A stretch of DNA of 64,000 bases from Pelagibacteraceae bacterium AG-404-P07 (GCA_003216235.1 QCJE01000003.1:5542-69541); one strand, 5' to 3'. Shown: positions 38,607 through 48,582, numbered from the stretch's first letter. A program made the numbers and translations. The notes: generated by a model from the sequence alone, not told the origin.

Positions 38607-40262
38607 GTGTCAAAAAATATTAGTAATTTGTCAGGTAAAGTTGGATTAAAAGACAACCTTTTTAAAAAGATGTCTGAAAATATCCTTAATGACTCACCAA
38701 AAGATATTAAAGAAATTGCGAAAGAATATAATTTAGGTGTTTCAACTATTCATGGAGCAGAGAGCTTTTATGAATTTTTAAGACCTTCACATAGAGAAAA
38801 AAAAGCTTTTGTTTGTAATGGCAGCGCCTGCATGTGTGCTGGTACTCAAGACAAATTAAAAGAAACTTTAAAATCAAAACTTGGAGATGACAAAGTAGGT
38901 GAAATGTTTTGTTTGGGGCACTGTTACGAAAATCATGCTTTCCATTATGATGGTGAAAATTATGCAGGAAAAGATATTGAAAAAATTGATCAAATTTTAA
39001 AAGGAGAAAATATCAAACAAGAAAAATTTTTTTCAAAAAGTTATGCAACGACAAGTTTTTTAATGGATGATAAACTTTCTTCAACAGATCAATTCAAAGA
39101 TCAGCTGAATAAATTTTTAAAAGTAGATAAAAAAGAAATTGTTAAGTCACTACTAGACTCCAATCTAACAGGAAGAGGTGGTGCAGGCTTTCCAGCTGGA
39201 ATGAAATGGGATTTCTGTAGTAAAGCAAAAGGTGATAAGAAATATGTTATATGTAACGCTGATGAAGGAGACTCGGGCGCATTTTCTGACAGATACCTTT
39301 TGGAGGACCAGCCATTAAAAGTTATTTTTGGAATGGTAATATGCGGTTTGGTAATAGGAAGCGATGAAGGGGTATTATATATTAGAGGCGAATATCCAAA
39401 ATCTATAGAAGCAATTAATGGATGTATTAATGAACTTAAAAAATTAAACTTGTTGGGTGAAAATATTTTAGGTACTAAATTTTCTTTTGATCTTGGAATT
39501 TGCATTGGTCAAGGCGCTTATATTTGTGGTGAAGAAACAGCTTTGATAGCATCAATTGAAGGTAGGCGCGCTGAGGTAGATGTTAGACCTCCATTCCCAG
39601 TTACTGAGGGACTTTATAAAAAGCCAACTGTAGTTAACAATGTTGAAACTTTAGCAGCAGCAACGGGTATTTTAATTAATGGTGCTGAAAAATTCTCATC
39701 AATTGGAAACAAAAAATCTGCGGGAACAAAATTAGTTTGTCTAGATAGTTTTTTTAATAATCCAGGTGTTTATGAAATAGACATGGGAACACCAATGAAA
39801 AAAATATTTAATGAAATTGGTGGTGGTTACAAAGAACCCTTAAAAGCATTTCAAATTGGTGGTCCTCTAGGTGGTGTTGTTCCTCTTAATGAAATTGATA
39901 ATCTTAATTTAGACTTTCAGGAATTTACCTCAAAAGGTTTCATGCTGGGTCATGCCAGTGTTGTAAGTATTCCTAAAGATTTTCCAATGACTGAATACAT
40001 TCATCATTTATTTGAATTTTCTGCAGAAGAGTCTTGTGGCAAGTGTTTTCCAGGAAGGTTAGGGTCTTATAGGGGAAAAGAGATGTTTGACCAAGCTAAG
40101 AAAAAAACTGCAAAAATTCCTCTTAAATTACTTAATGAATTATTGGTAACAATGAAAAAGGGTTGTTTATGTGCTCTTTGTGGTGCAATACCAACTCCAA
40201 TAATGAATATTCTAAAATATTTTGGTGATGAAATGAAAGATGATATGGTAAAAGACAACTAA
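38607..40262 (+). CDS. NAD-dependent formate dehydrogenase flavoprotein subunit, NuoE-NuoF (FdsG-FdsB) fusion
   Basis: N-terminal [2Fe-2S] motif CNGSAC...CLGHC; GRGGAGFP, NADEGD, GAYICGEETAL and NNVET; C-terminal SCGKC. GTG start with a GGGGAG RBS. Confidence 0.9.
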   Translation: MSKNISNLSGKVGLKDNLFKKMSENILNDSPKDIKEIAKEYNLGVSTIHGAESFYEFLRPSHREKKAFVCNGSACMCAGTQDKLKETLKSKLGDDKVGEMFCLGHCYENHAFHYDGENYAGKDIEKIDQILKGENIKQEKFFSKSYATTSFLMDDKLSSTDQFKDQLNKFLKVDKKEIVKSLLDSNLTGRGGAGFPAGMKWDFCSKAKGDKKYVICNADEGDSGAFSDRYLLEDQPLKVIFGMVICGLVIGSDEGVLYIRGEYPKSIEAINGCINELKKLNLLGENILGTKFSFDLGICIGQGAYICGEETALIASIEGRRAEVDVRPPFPVTEGLYKKPTVVNNVETLAAATGILINGAEKFSSIGNKKSAGTKLVCLDSFFNNPGVYEIDMGTPMKKIFNEIGGGYKEPLKAFQIGGPLGGVVPLNEIDNLNLDFQEFTSKGFMLGHASVVSIPKDFPMTEYIHHLFEFSAEESCGKCFPGRLGSYRGKEMFDQAKKKTAKIPLKLLNELLVTMKKGCLCALCGAIPTPIMNILKYFGDEMKDDMVKDN

Positions 40263-43030
40263 TGAGTTCTGAAAAAAGAAAAATTGCTTATATTGATGGT
40301 AAACCATATGAGATTGGCGCCAATCATACATCTATCTTAAAATTTGTTAAAAGCTATGTTGGTGAAAAAAAAGTACCATCATTATGTGATGATCCTAATT
40401 TAGCACCCTACGGTGCCTGTAGAGTTTGTTCAGTTGAAGTAGCATTAGAAAAAGATGGACCAACAAAAGTAGTTGCTTCATGCCATACTCCAATAGCTGA
40501 AAATCAACACGTTTTCACAACAAATGACAATCTTCATAATCTTAGAAAAAACATAGTAGAATTGGTCTTAACTGACCATCCAATGGAATGTAATACTTGT
40601 GAGGTAAATAATAATTGTGAACTTCAAACTGTTGCAAACGACCTAGGTATTTCTGACCATAGATATAATAATCCAAAGCAACACAAAGGTATTCCAAGAG
40701 ATACTTCTCATGATTATATGAGAATGAACTTAGATAATTGTATAAATTGTGGAAGATGTGTAAGAGCTTGTGATGAAATTCAAGGATCATTTGTATTAAC
40801 AATGTCTGGAAGAGGTTTTGAGTCTAAAATTACAACAGATAACGATATGACATTTGGAGACTCTTCATGTGTTTCTTGTGGTGCTTGTGCACACACATGT
40901 CCAACTGATGCTATTTCTGATGTATTTCAGTCAAAGTCTGCTGCTGTAGATAAAAAAGTAAGAACTACCTGTTCATATTGTGGCGTAGGATGTAATCTTG
41001 AAACTTCAATTAAAAATAATAAAGTTGTTGCTATAGATACACCTAAAGAAACTGAGGTCAATGCCGGTCATACTTGTATCAAAGGAAGATATGCATTTGG
41101 TTTTTATGATCATCCTGACAGACTTAAAACTCCGTTAATTAAGAGAAATGGAAAATTTGAAGAAGCAACTTGGGATGAGGCTTATGATTTTATAAAAAAA
41201 GAAATGCAAAGGATCATAAAGGATCATGGACCTGATGCTTTTGCAGGTATTTCATCTGCTAGATGTACTAATGAAGAAAACTATGTTTTTCAAAAAATGA
41301 TTAGAGCTGCTGTTGGTACAAATAGTGTTGATTGTTGTGCAAGAATTTGTCACTCCCCTACCGCATGGGGAATGCAACAAACTTTCGGAACTGGTGCTGC
41401 AACTAATTCTACTGAAGATATCTATCATGCAGATTTATTTTTAATTATTGGAGCAAATCCAACAAATGCTCACCCAGTTACAGGTGCAAAAATAAAACAA
41501 CAAGTAATGAAAGGTAAAAAACTTATTGTTTTAGATCCTATTACAACAGAAGTTGCACAACTAGCAGACTATCATATTAAATTAAGACCCGGAACTAATG
41601 TTGCTGTTCTAAATATGATGTTACATTATATCGTTAAATCAAAATTATATAATGTTGATTTTATTAGAGATCGTACAGAAGGTTTCGATAATTTTTTAAA
41701 AGAAATTGAAAGACAAGATGTTGATCAATTGGCAAAAGTTGCTGGGGTAGATAAACAGCTAGTTAAAGAAGCTGCTATTGCATATGCAACTGCAAAAAAT
41801 TCAATGGAATTTCATGGGTTAGGAGTAACAGAGCACGAACAAGGGTCAAAAACAGTAATGTTGATTGCAGACCTAGCTATGATCACAGGTAATATTGGAA
41901 GAAAAGGAGTTGGTGTAAATCCTTTAAGAGGTCAAAACAATGTCCAAGGTGCTGCAGATATGGGTTGTCAACCTCATCAAGGTGCTGGCTATTTTGAAGT
42001 AGCTGATGAAAAAAATCAAAAATTCTATACAGAGAAATATGGTGTAACACATCCAACTAAAGCTGGCCTAAAAATACCACAAATGTTTGATGCGGCTATC
42101 AACAAAGAATTAAAAGGAATCTGGATTATTGGTGAGGATATTGTTCAAACAGATCCTAATAGTGCTCATGTGGTTGAAGCAATGAATTCATTAGAGTTAT
42201 TAGTTGTTCAAGAAATATTTATGAGTGAAACAGCAAAACTTGCAACAGTAGTTTTACCAGGAACTACCTTTTTAGAGAAAGATGGAACTTTCACTAATAC
42301 CGAAAGAAGAGTTCAAAGAGTTAATCGGGCTGTTCCTCCATTACCAGGAACAAAACCAGATGGCGTTATAGTAACAGATATGATGCAAAAACTTGGTTTT
42401 GATCAACCAGACTATGATGCAGATCAAGTATTAGCAGAAATTGCGGATATTGTTCCTTTCTTTAAGGGAATTACTCGAGAAAGATTAGGAAAAATGGGCT
42501 TACAATGGCCTGTAAAAGAAGATGGAACAGATACACAAATATTACATACTGAAGAATTCAAACTAGGAAAAGGTCGATTGAAAAACTTTGACTGGAAAGA
42601 ATCTTCTGAGATTGAAGCCAATCATAAAGATTATCCTCTAATATTGACGACAAGTAGAGTTTTACAACACTATAATGCTGCTACAATGACAAGAAGAACT
42701 AGCAATATTAACATTGTTGATGAAGATGTATTGTTAGTACATCCTAAAGATGCGGCAAATAGAGATTTAAATACTGGTGATATTGGAAGATTGTATTCAG
42801 GTAGAGGTGAAGTAGCTTTAAAAGTAGAGGTTACGGATAAAGTAAAAGAAGGTATAGTTTTTACAACATTCCATTTTCCTGAACATATGGTCAATATGGT
42901 AACTGGTCATGGAAAAGATGAAGAAACAATGTGTGCTGAATACAAAGTTTCTTCAGTACAAGTTCAAAAAATCTCAAATCAATTCAAAACTGAAGTAAAA
43001 CCAAAAGACCATGAGGCTGAAGTAAGCTAA
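40262..43030 (+). CDS. fdhF: Formate dehydrogenase alpha subunit (Mo/W-bisPGD, NuoG-like Fe-S N-terminus)
   Basis: CRVC, H...C..C.....C, CINCGRCVRAC, CVSCGACAHTCP, CSYCGVGC; active-site CARICHSP (Cys form); LRGQNNVQG. Confidence 0.93.
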   Translation: MSSEKRKIAYIDGKPYEIGANHTSILKFVKSYVGEKKVPSLCDDPNLAPYGACRVCSVEVALEKDGPTKVVASCHTPIAENQHVFTTNDNLHNLRKNIVELVLTDHPMECNTCEVNNNCELQTVANDLGISDHRYNNPKQHKGIPRDTSHDYMRMNLDNCINCGRCVRACDEIQGSFVLTMSGRGFESKITTDNDMTFGDSSCVSCGACAHTCPTDAISDVFQSKSAAVDKKVRTTCSYCGVGCNLETSIKNNKVVAIDTPKETEVNAGHTCIKGRYAFGFYDHPDRLKTPLIKRNGKFEEATWDEAYDFIKKEMQRIIKDHGPDAFAGISSARCTNEENYVFQKMIRAAVGTNSVDCCARICHSPTAWGMQQTFGTGAATNSTEDIYHADLFLIIGANPTNAHPVTGAKIKQQVMKGKKLIVLDPITTEVAQLADYHIKLRPGTNVAVLNMMLHYIVKSKLYNVDFIRDRTEGFDNFLKEIERQDVDQLAKVAGVDKQLVKEAAIAYATAKNSMEFHGLGVTEHEQGSKTVMLIADLAMITGNIGRKGVGVNPLRGQNNVQGAADMGCQPHQGAGYFEVADEKNQKFYTEKYGVTHPTKAGLKIPQMFDAAINKELKGIWIIGEDIVQTDPNSAHVVEAMNSLELLVVQEIFMSETAKLATVVLPGTTFLEKDGTFTNTERRVQRVNRAVPPLPGTKPDGVIVTDMMQKLGFDQPDYDADQVLAEIADIVPFFKGITRERLGKMGLQWPVKEDGTDTQILHTEEFKLGKGRLKNFDWKESSEIEANHKDYPLILTTSRVLQHYNAATMTRRTSNINIVDEDVLLVHPKDAANRDLNTGDIGRLYSGRGEVALKVEVTDKVKEGIVFTTFHFPEHMVNMVTGHGKDEETMCAEYKVSSVQVQKISNQFKTEVKPKDHEAEVS

Positions 43031-43035
43031 ATTAA

Positions 43036-44484
43036 ATGACCATAGGATGGTGTTTTGATAATACTTATTTCAAATTATCAAAAGCTTTTAAAGAAGATAT
43101 AAAGCCTATTCCAGTTAAAAAACCTGAACTAGTCTTATTTAATAAAAAACTTGCAGAGGATCTTAATCTTGATTTTTCTAATTTGGATAATCAAAAATTA
43201 TCAGAATTATTTTCAGGAAACTCTTTACCAGAAGGTAGTAATAGTCTTGCCCAAGCTTATGCTGGACATCAATTTGGTCATTTCACTATGTTAGGTGATG
43301 GTAGAGCTGTTTTGATTGGGGAACATTTATCAAAAGATAATAAAAGATATGATATTCAATTTAAGGGGTCAGGAAAAACTGCATTTTCAAGAAATGGTGA
43401 TGGTAGGGCTGCATTAGGTCCAATGTTAAGAGAATATATAATTAGTGAAGCTATGAATGGACTAAGAATTCCAACAACAAGAAGTTTAGCAGTTGTAAAA
43501 ACAGGTGAAGATGTAATTAGAGAAGCTTTTTTACCTGGTGCAATTTTAACAAGGATTGCTTCAAGTCATATAAGGGTTGGAACTTTTCAATATATTGCTG
43601 CTAGAGAAAAAAAAGATGAACTAGAAGTTTTGTTAAACTATGTGATTAATCGTCATTATCCAGATATAAAAAATTCTAAAAATAAAGCTATAGATCTTCT
43701 AGCTAATGTTATGGAAAAACAAATAGATCTAGTTGTCAATTGGATGAGAGTTGGTTTTGTTCATGGTGTAATGAATACTGATAATATGAGTATTTCTGGT
43801 GAAACAATAGATTATGGACCTTGTGCATTTATGGATACGTATGATCCAAAAACAGTATTTAGTTCTATAGATCAAATGGGTAGATATGCTTATTGCAATC
43901 AACCTGTAATCACAAAATGGAATTTATCAAGATTTGCTGAATGCTTAATACCTTTTATTGATAATGATCAAGAGAAAGCAATTGAATTAGCGACAAAAAT
44001 CATAAATTCATTTGAAAAAAAGTATGAAGAAAAATGGCTTAATATGATGAGAGATAAGTTAGGTTTATTTGGTGTAGATGAAAAAGATAAATTTTTAATT
44101 CTTGATCTACTTACTTGGATGCATCAAAAGAAAGTTGATTATACAAATACTTTTTGTCATTTAATGAATGAGAATATAGATGATGATAAAAATTACGAAG
44201 ATAAAGATTTTCAAAATTGGAAAATAAGATGGGATGAAAGATTAAAAACTAATAATAATACATCAGAAAAATATTTAGAATTAATGAAAACTGTTAACCC
44301 TTTAATTATACCAAGAAATCATAAAGTTGAAGAGGCTCTTGAAGAAGCTAAAAAAAATAATTTAAAACCCATTAATCAACTAATAAAAGTTTTGAAAGGT
44401 CCATATTCTCATCAAAAAGATATTCTTGATTATCAAATTGGATCTAATTCAGATAAAAAATACCAAACCTTTTGTGGAACTTAA
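43036..44484 (+). CDS. selO: Protein adenylyltransferase SelO (YdiU family)
   Basis: Motifs AYAGHQFG, LGDGRA, KGSGKT, DGRA, GFVHGVMNTDN, TIDYGP and C-terminal TFCGT. Confidence 0.93.
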   Translation: MTIGWCFDNTYFKLSKAFKEDIKPIPVKKPELVLFNKKLAEDLNLDFSNLDNQKLSELFSGNSLPEGSNSLAQAYAGHQFGHFTMLGDGRAVLIGEHLSKDNKRYDIQFKGSGKTAFSRNGDGRAALGPMLREYIISEAMNGLRIPTTRSLAVVKTGEDVIREAFLPGAILTRIASSHIRVGTFQYIAAREKKDELEVLLNYVINRHYPDIKNSKNKAIDLLANVMEKQIDLVVNWMRVGFVHGVMNTDNMSISGETIDYGPCAFMDTYDPKTVFSSIDQMGRYAYCNQPVITKWNLSRFAECLIPFIDNDQEKAIELATKIINSFEKKYEEKWLNMMRDKLGLFGVDEKDKFLILDLLTWMHQKKVDYTNTFCHLMNENIDDDKNYEDKDFQNWKIRWDERLKTNNNTSEKYLELMKTVNPLIIPRNHKVEEALEEAKKNNLKPINQLIKVLKGPYSHQKDILDYQIGSNSDKKYQTFCGT

Positions 44485-44485
44485 T

Positions 44486-45589
44486 TTAAAGTACATAAGG
44501 TTCTGGTCTAGCTTCTTTACCTAAAACTCTTTCAACAGCCATATTTGAAATATCAATCGATTGATATGCGCCAGTTGTAATTAACTCTGTTAAAGCTCTA
44601 CCAATTCCTGGTGCTTGCATTAGACCTCTACCTGTAAAACCTGTAGCTAAATATACATTTTCAAACTTAGGATGCTTTCCAACTACCGCATTATTATCAA
44701 GTCTATTACAATCATAATAACCGGCCCACCCTCCAGTTAACTTTAGTTCTTCCATTGCAGGTATTCTTTGAGCCAATGCGGGCCATACAAGTTCTTCAAA
44801 ATCATCCCATGCTGGCTCCAAATCATCTGCATCAAAAACAGACTTAGGGGATCCTGCTAAATATTCTTTTCCCTCTGGTCGCCAATATACCCCTGTTGTT
44901 AAATCTCCAGTTAAAGGCATTTCAGGAATATGTTTTGGGCACTTAACTCTAAATACAGTGTGCTTTTGTGGTTCAACTGGAATATCTTCCAATAGTTCTT
45001 TTGTCCAACATCCTGCAGCAGAAATAATTGTTTTAGCTTTTATTTCTGACAAAGATTTTATTTCCCCTTTTACAAATTCCGCACCAAGTTCCATTGCTTT
45101 ACTTTTTAACGCACTATGGAACATAAATGGATCAATCCATCCTTCACTTTGATTATCAGTAAATGTAGCAGTTTCTATTCCATCACTATTTATATATGGA
45201 AAAAATTTAGTTAGTTCCGACCCCTTAATATTTTTTGTACCCGCTTCACAAGCTTTATGGTTCTCTAAAGCTTTATATTGTTCCTCAGCATGTTCAGGTC
45301 CAAACATTAATAGATATCCATTTGTTACCATACTAGCTGTTGGTTTAGGATTTTTTTCTGTTTTTAGTAATTCAGGTATTTGAAAAATAAATTCTCTCGC
45401 AAATTTTCCTAATAAAATATTTTCTGTTTGAAAAAATTGTCTTCTAAATCCTCCAAGTGATAAAGGGAAAGAAGCTGTTTTATATGTTGGATCTCTCTCA
45501 ATTACTTTTACTTTTCTGCCCTCTTTAGAAAGAAAATAAGCAGTTGCTGTACCAATAATTCCGCCACCTACTATTACAACATCATCCAT
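44486..45589 (-). CDS. FAD-dependent oxidoreductase, DAO/sarcosine-oxidase superfamily, FOXRED1-like
   Basis: VVIVGGGIIG dinucleotide-binding motif, SLGGFRRQF, EGWIDP, WAGYYD and GFTGRGLMQAPGIGRA. Confidence 0.82.
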   Translation of the reverse strand: MDDVVIVGGGIIGTATAYFLSKEGRKVKVIERDPTYKTASFPLSLGGFRRQFFQTENILLGKFAREFIFQIPELLKTEKNPKPTASMVTNGYLLMFGPEHAEEQYKALENHKACEAGTKNIKGSELTKFFPYINSDGIETATFTDNQSEGWIDPFMFHSALKSKAMELGAEFVKGEIKSLSEIKAKTIISAAGCWTKELLEDIPVEPQKHTVFRVKCPKHIPEMPLTGDLTTGVYWRPEGKEYLAGSPKSVFDADDLEPAWDDFEELVWPALAQRIPAMEELKLTGGWAGYYDCNRLDNNAVVGKHPKFENVYLATGFTGRGLMQAPGIGRALTELITTGAYQSIDISNMAVERVLGKEARPEPYVL

Positions 45590-45590
45590 T

Positions 45591-46058
45591 TCAATTTAAA
45601 ATATATAAGTTTAAGTTTAGAAATAGTGCATAGCAACTCCAAAGTAAATAGGGAATCATTAGATATGAACTTACATAATTGACACGTTTGAATCTTAAAA
45701 TAAGAATAATTATCAAAATAATTAGAATCATTAATACAATTAATGCTAATAAGATTTGGTGAAGACCAAAAAAAACAATACTCCAAGTTGTATTGAAAAC
45801 TATGTGAATAAAATAAATATAAATTGTATTCATTTCTCTATTTTTACTATGCCAATAAAACCAAATAGCTAATGTCATCATTAGATATAATGTTGTCCAA
45901 ACTGGAGCAAAAATCCAATCTGGTGGATTATAATTTGACTTTACGAGCTGTGAATACCAAGGTTCTTTAAAACTTATTGTCGCCATTCCCCCAATAAATG
46001 ATGCAGAATATGTAATTATGAAAAATAGAACAAATGATATAAATTTATTTTTAAGCAT
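45591..46058 (-). CDS. tspO: TspO/MBR tryptophan-rich sensory protein
   Basis: WY..L.K....PPDWIFAPVWTTLY, N..WS.VFFG and PYLLW motifs. Confidence 0.93.
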   Translation of the reverse strand: MLKNKFISFVLFFIITYSASFIGGMATISFKEPWYSQLVKSNYNPPDWIFAPVWTTLYLMMTLAIWFYWHSKNREMNTIYIYFIHIVFNTTWSIVFFGLHQILLALIVLMILIILIIILILRFKRVNYVSSYLMIPYLLWSCYALFLNLNLYILN

Positions 46059-46064
46059 TTAAGT

Positions 46065-46070
46065 ATTATA
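46065..46070 (-). promoter_or_regulatory. Candidate -10 element for a leaderless tspO transcript
   Basis: The minus strand reads TATAAT-acttaa-ATG: a consensus -10 six nt before the start codon, with no SD. The background is AT-rich, so a chance match is possible. Confidence 0.4.
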
Positions 46071-46082
46071 CAACACTATAGA

Positions 46083-46844
46083 ATGAATAAAAAAACAATT
46101 TGGATAACTGGCGGAAGTACAGGAATAGGCAAAGCGTTAGCTATAAAGTTTGCTAACGAAGGTTGGAATGTAGCGATTTCTGCAAGACGTGAAAATCTAC
46201 TTAAAGAAATTTCTGATAATAATGAAAATATTCATGGATTTCCCTTAGATGTAACAGATAAGTCAAAATGTCGAGAAGTTTTTAAGCAAATTAAAAATAA
46301 GTTTCAAGATATTGATATTTGTTTTTTTTCTACTGGGACTTGGAATCCGAAGAAAGAAAAAGATATAGACATTGAACAAATAGAGGACGTATTTAAAATA
46401 AATTTTTTCGGCACATTAAATAGTATCAAAGCTGTAGAAGAATATTTTAAAAATAGAAAAGAAGGTATTGTAGCTATTGTTTCATCTATTGCTGGATATA
46501 GAGGATTACCCAATTCAACTGGTTATGGACCTTCTAAATCTGCTCTAAATAATTTAGCAGAAAGTTTATACTTCGATTTTAAAAGATCAAATGTACGTGT
46601 TTGCTTGGTATCTCCTGGATTTATAAAAACACCAATGACTGATAAAAATGATTTTAAAATGCCATTTTTAAAAACAACAGAATATGCAGCTGAAAAAATT
46701 TACGATGGATTAATTAATAAGAATGTATTTGAAATTCATTTTCCAAAATCTTTAACTCTTATACTTAAAATTTTAAGCTTCTTACCAAGCAAAATATATT
46801 TTGGTTTGGTGGGTAAAATGACAAAATATCAAAAAAAAAATTAA
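46083..46844 (+). CDS. Short-chain dehydrogenase/reductase associated with the cfa/DUF1365 cluster
   Basis: Motifs TGGSTGIG, SSIAGYRGLP, YGPSK and PGFIKTPMTDKNDFKMPF. Confidence 0.88.
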   Translation: MNKKTIWITGGSTGIGKALAIKFANEGWNVAISARRENLLKEISDNNENIHGFPLDVTDKSKCREVFKQIKNKFQDIDICFFSTGTWNPKKEKDIDIEQIEDVFKINFFGTLNSIKAVEEYFKNRKEGIVAIVSSIAGYRGLPNSTGYGPSKSALNNLAESLYFDFKRSNVRVCLVSPGFIKTPMTDKNDFKMPFLKTTEYAAEKIYDGLINKNVFEIHFPKSLTLILKILSFLPSKIYFGLVGKMTKYQKKN

Positions 46845-47389
46845 TCTTTAACAAATACCACTGTAAGTTCTGCAACTCTTATGCCAAACTTTGTCATGGT
46901 TGCTCTATTTATGGCAACACGATCATCCTGCTTAAATATCCAGTCATCAAAAGTAATTTTCATTTCTTTCCCTTTGACAGGTACTAAAAGAACATATTCG
47001 AATTTAAATGCTGGCCCATATGAATAACCTTTTGCTTTTCCCACAACGTCTCCGGCTGTTCCCTCATAATTGTTGTCATCAATTTTTGTAATTTGCCATT
47101 GTCTATTTTGAATTTCACCATCATCCCAATTAAATTTTTCATCTAAAATTAATTGGTTTCCATCCCATTTACCATTTAGATCTGCTGAAAACTGTCTCGT
47201 AACTTTACCAGATCTATTTTGAAGAACTCCCCAAGCTTTAACATTGCCTGACAAATATTCTTCTATGATTAATCTGGGTTCCTTACCTTTAAAATCTTCT
47301 GGGTTCATAGCACTTTTATTTGAACAGTTTGTAATTAAGAATAAAGAAATTATCAATAAAATTGATTTTAAGTTAATTATTTTTCTCAC
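46841..47389 (-). CDS. DUF3833-family lipoprotein
   Basis: Lipobox-like ITNC; AWG..Q.RSG.V.R.F, LDE.F, FDDW and KFGIRVAE motifs; AGGAG RBS. Confidence 0.85.
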   Translation of the reverse strand: MRKIINLKSILLIISLFLITNCSNKSAMNPEDFKGKEPRLIIEEYLSGNVKAWGVLQNRSGKVTRQFSADLNGKWDGNQLILDEKFNWDDGEIQNRQWQITKIDDNNYEGTAGDVVGKAKGYSYGPAFKFEYVLLVPVKGKEMKITFDDWIFKQDDRVAINRATMTKFGIRVAELTVVFVKD

Positions 47390-47403
47390 ATTTCTCCTTT
47401 TAG

Positions 47404-48582
47404 TTATTTATTTTGTAATGAAAATTGAATTAAGTCGATATTTTTTGATTTAAATCCAGCCTCACAATAAGAAAGATAAAATTCCCACATTTTTTTAAAT
47501 GTCGAATCAAAACCTTGGGTCTTAATTAAATCCCATTTTTTATTAAATTCATTTCTCCATAATGCCAATGTATAAGAATAATGATTAGCGTAAGAGTCAT
47601 ATGACTTTATAGTCAAACCATTTTCTGACACATGCTTATTTAAAGCATTTTTACTTGGAAGAAATCCACCAGGAAAAATGTATTTTTGAATAAAATCTTG
47701 CTTATTTTTATATCTATCAAATAAGCTATCATCAATTGTAATTGCTTGAATAGCAGCTGTGCCAGTATCAGATAAATTTTCTTTAATCTTTTTAAAATAA
47801 CTCTCTAAATAATTTTGTCCTACGGCTTCTATCATTTCAATTGAAGCTATTGAATTATATTTATCTTTTAAATCTCTATAATCTTTAATTTGAATATTAA
47901 CTTTTTCATTTAAACCACATTTATGAATCCTTTCTTTAGCATATTCATATTGTTTTTTTGAAATTGTTATACAATCTAATTTTACATCATATTTCTTGCC
48001 TAAGTATTCAGCAAAACCTCCCCAGCCACATCCTATCTCTAAAACTTTATCTCCATTTTTTGGTTTAATTAGATTAATTAATTTTTGATATTTATTATTT
48101 TGAGCATCTGATAAATCTTGATTTTTCTCCTCAAAGATAGCGCTTGAATATGTAAGAGTTTTATCAAGCCAAAGTGAGAAAAATTCATTCCCTAAATCAT
48201 AATGTTTAGTAATATTTTCTTTACTTCTGCTTTTAGTATTATTAATAAAAATATTCTTTAAAAAATTTATTACTGATAAATCCAATAGTCCCGAAAATTT
48301 ATAGATTACTTTTATATTTCGTGCTGTGATTTCAATTAAGTTTGATAGGTTGTCTGTTTCAAATTCTTCTTTCATATAAGACTCGGCAAAACCAATACTT
48401 CCACCTTTAATCAAATTAAAAGTGAAATTTGGTTTTTTTATTCTTATATTAGCTTTCAAAGAATCATCAGGATTACCAAATTTAATTATGTCCCCATTAA
48501 AGCTTGTGATTTCCAAATAACCAGAATCAATATCTTGCAAAATCCTAAATACAATCTTGTCTGCAAAGTTATATAAATTCAT
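47404..48582 (-). CDS. Cfa-family SAM-dependent fatty-acyl methyltransferase (UfaM-like)
   Basis: Motifs HYDLGNEFF.LWLD..LTYSSA, LEIGCGWGG, SIEMIEAVG, FIQKYIFPGG and WEFYLSYCEAGF. Confidence 0.88.
   Translation of the reverse strand: MNLYNFADKIVFRILQDIDSGYLEITSFNGDIIKFGNPDDSLKANIRIKKPNFTFNLIKGGSIGFAESYMKEEFETDNLSNLIEITARNIKVIYKFSGLLDLSVINFLKNIFINNTKSRSKENITKHYDLGNEFFSLWLDKTLTYSSAIFEEKNQDLSDAQNNKYQKLINLIKPKNGDKVLEIGCGWGGFAEYLGKKYDVKLDCITISKKQYEYAKERIHKCGLNEKVNIQIKDYRDLKDKYNSIASIEMIEAVGQNYLESYFKKIKENLSDTGTAAIQAITIDDSLFDRYKNKQDFIQKYIFPGGFLPSKNALNKHVSENGLTIKSYDSYANHYSYTLALWRNEFNKKWDLIKTQGFDSTFKKMWEFYLSYCEAGFKSKNIDLIQFSLQNK

Noticed and set aside
41325-41360. Possible selenocysteine or recoding in the FDH active site, prompted by the neighbouring selO
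   Set aside because: The site reads CARICHSP with TGT Cys and there is no in-frame TGA. SelO ends TFCGT-TAA, also without Sec.
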